Shown: positions 59,908 through 64,000 of the stretch, piece after piece
Layout: each line of letters begins with the position of its first letter
Position numbering within the stretch: the first letter of the stretch is position 1
Assembly (NCBI GenBank): GCA_963848135.1
Contig: CAWKCK010000005.1
Coordinates: 496,001 to 560,000 of the forward strand
Direction of reading: 5' to 3'
Length of the DNA stretch: 64,000 bases
From: an uncultured delta proteobacterium
GTDB lineage: Bacteria > Desulfobacterota > Desulfobacteria > Desulfobacterales > SG8-13
The notes under the pieces: generated by a model
Databases searched by the model: none
What the model was told of the DNA's origin: nothing
Seen by the model: the letters and a program-made list of their open reading frames with translations, nothing else
Translations under genes and position numbers: made by a program

Positions 59908-60195
59908 GTGGAAACCTGCAGTCTGATTGACTTTATGCAAGTGTTCAAGCCCTGGCTCAATCGTGATTACATCCGCAAGGCTTATCTGGATGCCAACGGC
60001 GATCTCAGGTTGATGTTCGTCGATGGTGGTGAAAAAGCCTTTCGAATCAGTGATTGCAACCAGACACAATTGAATGACATCCTTCAGGATCTGATCAGGA
60101 ATGGCGTACCGACAGAGAAATATGACGCCGATATATCCGAAAGGACCGGGAGCAAGACGGCACCTTCAGCGAGAGATAGCGACGGTCAAATTTAA
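59908..60195 (+). CDS. hypothetical protein
   Basis: AAGGAG RBS before GTG; 95 aa. Confidence 0.65.
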   Translation: METCSLIDFMQVFKPWLNRDYIRKAYLDANGDLRLMFVDGGEKAFRISDCNQTQLNDILQDLIRNGVPTEKYDADISERTGSKTAPSARDSDGQI

Positions 60196-60310
60196 AAAGA
60201 CACCATGCCCTGATAATTGACGCAGGCCGATGGTGACAAGGTTCCCTTATCGACTCACGATGGCCTCTGAGACACCGTCATGCAACCAGACAATCGCCAC
60301 GCAGCACCGA

Positions 60311-60990
60311 ATGTGGAAACTTGCCCTCGCTCTGCAAATCGCAAAGGAGGATCGCCCGGAGATCGCCGCTCCGTTCCTCGATTTTTACGAAGAGGAGCGA
60401 CGATCCGTTGTCGAAAGCTGCATTGAGACCAGCCTAATAAGTTATCATATCACCACGACGGTTCCGGCGGCAATCGGCCTTGAACCCGGGGCCAGGACTT
60501 GGGAGCAATATTTTCCGATCCCAAAAAGACGCTGGCCATGCGGACCCCTCAGCTCGATCTCGGATCGATCTACCAAAGGGGATTTCTGGAAAAATCAAAG
60601 AAATCTGAAACAGACAGCGGCAGTTCGGCCGGTTTCAACCCCAAGCTGACCGTCGGTCAGCGTCTGCCTCATTTTTGGCTCGCAGACTCCGGTGGAAAAC
60701 ACAATCGAAAGTTTTCTTCGCTTGACTTGACGGCCAGGGCCGCCGAAACAGAAGGCCGAACGTTTCATATTCTTCTTATCTACGACATGTCGCACAGTCG
60801 CGTGGAGAAATTCGAAAGGAAACTGCTGAACAAGTTTGCCCCTTTGAAGAAAATTCACCTTTCCAATGACAAAGGCATGCCCGGCGATGTGGTTTTCGCG
60901 CCGGGCGAAGACATTCCCTCTTTTCTTCCGGACAGCTTCGCGGTGATCATACGACCGGACGGTCATGTCGCCTGGCTCGAAAACGGATAA
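60311..60990 (+). pseudogene. C-terminal fragments of an FAD-dependent monooxygenase (PheA/TfdB-like), frameshifted
   Basis: WKLALAL...DFYEEERRSV in one frame; LDLGSIY, GQRLPHFWL, IIRPDGHVAW in another; no GxGxxG N-terminus. Confidence 0.7.
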
Positions 60991-61151
60991 CAACAGGGCT
61001 GAATGCCCGAAGAAAACCGGCATTTCCATGACCAGCGCGATCGAACGAAATTCATAGTGGTGAAAAGATGTCATGAAATTTTCGGGTTAGTAAACCATTT
61101 CTGCACCTTTTTCGTCTAAATAGGCAAACCCACAAATGAAAGGAGTGCGCT

Positions 61152-61574
61152 ATGAAGACGAACTTTATGAAACTATTGATAATTCTGGTTACGCTGATTT
61201 TCTTGGGGGCGGGTACAGCTCTTGCGAAAGACCGCCATGGCGATCGCAATCACAAGAAATCAAGTAATGCCTATGCGCAGAATAAAGGTGACCGCCATCA
61301 CAACGACGGGTATGGCAGACTTCACAAAAAGCACTCTGCCCCTCGCTATCATGGAAGAAATCAACGGTCCAAACATTACGTAAAACACCACAAACCCAAG
61401 TATTACTACCATCAGCACCGGAAACATTATCATGATCACCGTCCGGTGGTTCATAAACGCCACCGTAATCATTACCACGGCGCTTCTGGCTATTCACCCT
61501 ATAGCCGTTTTTCGTTCGGACTGGCAGTGATCGACCCCAACATGGCCTTTTCAATCGGTGTCAATGGCCGTTGA
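61152..61574 (+). CDS. exported His/Lys/Arg-rich low-complexity protein
   Basis: Signal peptide (ALA), AAGGAG RBS, His-rich body. Confidence 0.75.
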   Translation: MKTNFMKLLIILVTLIFLGAGTALAKDRHGDRNHKKSSNAYAQNKGDRHHNDGYGRLHKKHSAPRYHGRNQRSKHYVKHHKPKYYYHQHRKHYHDHRPVVHKRHRNHYHGASGYSPYSRFSFGLAVIDPNMAFSIGVNGR

Positions 61575-61607
61575 CATTTCACCAGACTCTATCATAACAT
61601 ATGAACA

Positions 61608-61659
61608 AAAAATAGGATAAGGCCTGCAGAATTTTGCCTGCAGGCCTTATCCTATTTTT
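61608..61659. terminator. bidirectional intrinsic terminator-like hairpin
   Basis: Perfect 22-bp stem AAAAATAGGATAAGGCCTGCAG with 8-nt loop. Confidence 0.8.
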
Positions 61660-61806
61660 GACAACTTGATTGTGCTTATCCGGCCCAAATATTGACAGGA
61701 CTCTGCATCGTAGCGATAATTATCTTGCTTCCAACGAATTGGAACGAAAATAATACTGCCCACCTCTTTGCACTCGGCAGTAATATAGGTTTAAGGAGGA
61801 TTTCTG

Positions 61807-62112
61807 ATGACACTAATACATGGCGATACGTCGGATAGCCCGAAGGAAGAAATCGACCTGCAGATCGAAGACCCTGACCTCGAGTTTGTGAAAGCCAAAG
61901 CAATCGTCAAGAAAAAGGCGCAGGAAATGTACGGCGAAACCATGCTGTTGTCCTGGCATAACGCTCTGACAGGAGAATATTATCCCACTTATGATTGTGG
62001 CGGCAGCGATCAGCCGGCGTGGATCGTCTACGCCGAATCCAGGGGAGCAAACCTGATTATCCGCATAAATGGCGGCATATACACATTCATGTTTATTAAA
62101 TTGTCCGGATAA
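61807..62112 (+). CDS. AF1514-like protein
   Basis: MLLSWH, PAWIVYAESRGA; AAGGAGG RBS. Confidence 0.65.
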   Translation: MTLIHGDTSDSPKEEIDLQIEDPDLEFVKAKAIVKKKAQEMYGETMLLSWHNALTGEYYPTYDCGGSDQPAWIVYAESRGANLIIRINGGIYTFMFIKLSG

Positions 62113-62259
62113 ATAGCCTCAGGTTAGCAGACCCGGCCCGGCCGCTTTCATTGCGGCACAAAATCACCACAAGACCCAAATATAGCATCAAAAGCTCTTT
62201 GGGGCTCACGAGTTATGACAATATCTTGGAGCGTAGGCATGCAACAGGCTTTAGGGGTT

Positions 62260-62613
62260 TTACTTTGGCCCTTCCCGTTTTCTCTTCTGAGGATAAACGT
62301 CTTTTAACTGGTCGATCCATGTTTTCTTCCACAACTTGATTCCGGAATAGTAGGCTGCACGACCGATGAGGTGGGCCGCTACCGGCGCTGTCAGCAATAA
62401 GAAGACAATCGCGACCAGGGCCCGTAAGGTGATCCCGATCTCCTGATAAAAGGCAGCAACGGCAATCAGTATCAGTCCGGTCCCGAGCGTTCCGGCTTTG
62501 GTAGCGGCGTGCATACGCGTTAGTGTGTCAGGTAGTCTGAGCATACCGAGTGCGGCAACGAAGGAAAAAAAGCTTCCCGCTAACATCAGAATGGAAGTCA
62601 CCCATTCACTCAT
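62260..62613 (-). CDS. mrpG: Na+/H+ antiporter subunit G
   Basis: RLPDTLTRMHAATKAGTLG, TAPVAAHLIGRAA. Confidence 0.92.
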   Translation of the reverse strand: MSEWVTSILMLAGSFFSFVAALGMLRLPDTLTRMHAATKAGTLGTGLILIAVAAFYQEIGITLRALVAIVFLLLTAPVAAHLIGRAAYYSGIKLWKKTWIDQLKDVYPQKRKREGPK

Positions 62614-62932
62614 TTTCTTCTCTACCATGTTGTGGTTTTTTTCTGACTATTTTTGCCGAACGCATCAGAAATCGAGAAAGCGCAACAGTCCCCAAAAAAG
62701 CAATCAAAGCATAGGCGATGGCGACATCCAGGAACGATGTTTCACTGGCATAAATTGAATAGGCCGCCAGAAAGGCAACAATAAGAATAGATATCACATC
62801 GAGTGCCACGATTCTGTCAGCCGCACCGGGGCCTCTGACGAGGCGAATGAACGCCAGCGCAATACTCAAGAGCAATACAAACAAAGAAATCCGACCGGCC
62901 AAGCCGACTATAACATCACTTCCGGGCATCAA
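62606..62932 (-). CDS. mrpF: Na+/H+ antiporter subunit F
   Basis: RGPGAADRIVALD, FLGTVA. Confidence 0.92.
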   Translation of the reverse strand: MMPGSDVIVGLAGRISLFVLLLSIALAFIRLVRGPGAADRIVALDVISILIVAFLAAYSIYASETSFLDVAIAYALIAFLGTVALSRFLMRSAKIVRKKPQHGREENE

Positions 62933-63405
62933 CGCATCACCTCCAAAACGCGTCTTTCAAGTCCTTCTTTGATTGCACGGCAAGTCTCATCAACGTCTTC
63001 GAGGAACATGACATGCACGTACAGGATCGTTTTGTCTTCGGAGACATCGATACTCAGCGTACCTGGCGTCAAAGAGACCAGGTTCGCCACGAGCGTTATT
63101 TCCAAATTGGTTTTTGCGTCTAAAGGAACCCCGATGATGCCGGGATGGCTGATATGCTTTGGTGTGATCACATCCCACAGGACCCGAAAATTTGAAATAA
63201 AAAGTTCTTTGACAAAATAGCCGATTAAAAGGAGTACCTTTGGCGAGCGTTGAAAGTAGCGTGTATTTCTATACAGTGGTTTGGTCAGCCATAACGCACC
63301 GTAGCCGACGATAAAACCGGAGAGCAGACCGCCGAGAGAAAATTCCCCTAAAACAGCACTGAATCCGATAGCGAGAAAAATGTTCAATAAAAATAAGTCG
63401 ATCAT
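62929..63405 (-). CDS. mrpE: Na+/H+ antiporter subunit E
   Basis: ANLVSLTPGTLS, LYVH. Confidence 0.92.
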   Translation of the reverse strand: MIDLFLLNIFLAIGFSAVLGEFSLGGLLSGFIVGYGALWLTKPLYRNTRYFQRSPKVLLLIGYFVKELFISNFRVLWDVITPKHISHPGIIGVPLDAKTNLEITLVANLVSLTPGTLSIDVSEDKTILYVHVMFLEDVDETCRAIKEGLERRVLEVMR

Positions 63406-64000
63406 TTATACCCTAATACAGCATTGTAATACATTTCTGGATGCAAAAGCTCTTTGGCCGTTTGCTCGGCTATCGCCACAAATGTTTCGGCCCCGAGGCC
63501 GATCACAACTGTCAACAATGCCAGCCCGGCAATGGGGGTGAGCATCCATTTAGATGGTCTGGCGGATAAAGAAGCCTTTTCGATCTGGATCCCGGCAGGC
63601 GTTGGTTTCCAAAACACTTCCCCCCAAATTTTGGTCATCGAATAAACGGTCAATAAGCCGACAACCGCCGCAATCCCTGCCACCAGATACTGATGGATGT
63701 CGAGGCTGGCACGAATCAACATCATTTTGGCCCAGAAACCGGACAAAGGTGGAAATCCGGCAAGCGAAAATGCCGGGATAAAAAACAATACGGCAACCCA
63801 CTTGTTGGTCCGGTAGATATCACCCAGTCGTGATAATTCGAGCGAGCCTCTTAGTTGCTGAACGACACCGCTGACAAGAAAAAGGTTGGCTTTCACGATG
63901 ATATGATGAATCAAATAAAAAATGGTACCCGCCAGCGCTAAAGAGGTATGGAGTGCCAAACCCAATACCATATACCCCACCTGGCTAATGATGTGAAAAG
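63402..64000 (-). CDS. mrpD: Na+/H+ antiporter subunit D (5' part outside window)
   Basis: HIISQVGY, HHIIVKANLF, LAGFPPLSGFWAK. Confidence 0.92.
   Translation of the reverse strand, partial: FHIISQVGYMVLGLALHTSLALAGTIFYLIHHIIVKANLFLVSGVVQQLRGSLELSRLGDIYRTNKWVAVLFFIPAFSLAGFPPLSGFWAKMMLIRASLDIHQYLVAGIAAVVGLLTVYSMTKIWGEVFWKPTPAGIQIEKASLSARPSKWMLTPIAGLALLTVVIGLGAETFVAIAEQTAKELLHPEMYYNAVLGYK

Noticed and set aside
1..64000. CRISPR array, tRNA/rRNA, transposase, prophage
   Set aside because: No regularly spaced repeats, cloverleaf, rRNA-like sequence, or DDE/integrase/phage motifs seen.

Overview
Chromosomal window of about 60 CDS, most likely from a sulfate-reducing deltaproteobacterium (Desulfobacterales-like). 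That placement is inferred from gene content: tungsten-type AOR, DsrE-like genes, selenoproteins and Mrp. Housekeeping and metabolic content includes znuACB with a Fur-family regulator, aor, msrAB, glpD, ilvBN, leuCD and mrpDEFG. No rRNA, tRNA, CRISPR, transposase or integrase was seen. Main points not shown by the ORF track: (1) a hidden exported 101-aa UGA-readthrough (selenocysteine) protein directly after periplasmic msrAB, with a two-component system and four 11-bp-phased direct repeats upstream; (2) a DUF885 peptidase / ATP-grasp ligase / methyltransferase operon whose ligase appears to have an unusual circular permutation; (3) an orphan GrdB/PrdB-like UxxC selenoprotein split into two ORFs by the track; (4) a c-di-GMP-I riboswitch plus terminator upstream of a Deg-type protease; (5) two decayed integron-like cassettes and a ~265-bp foldback; (6) dispersed non-coding repeat families and several deletion pseudogenes. 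All family calls come from motif recognition by eye; no searches were run.
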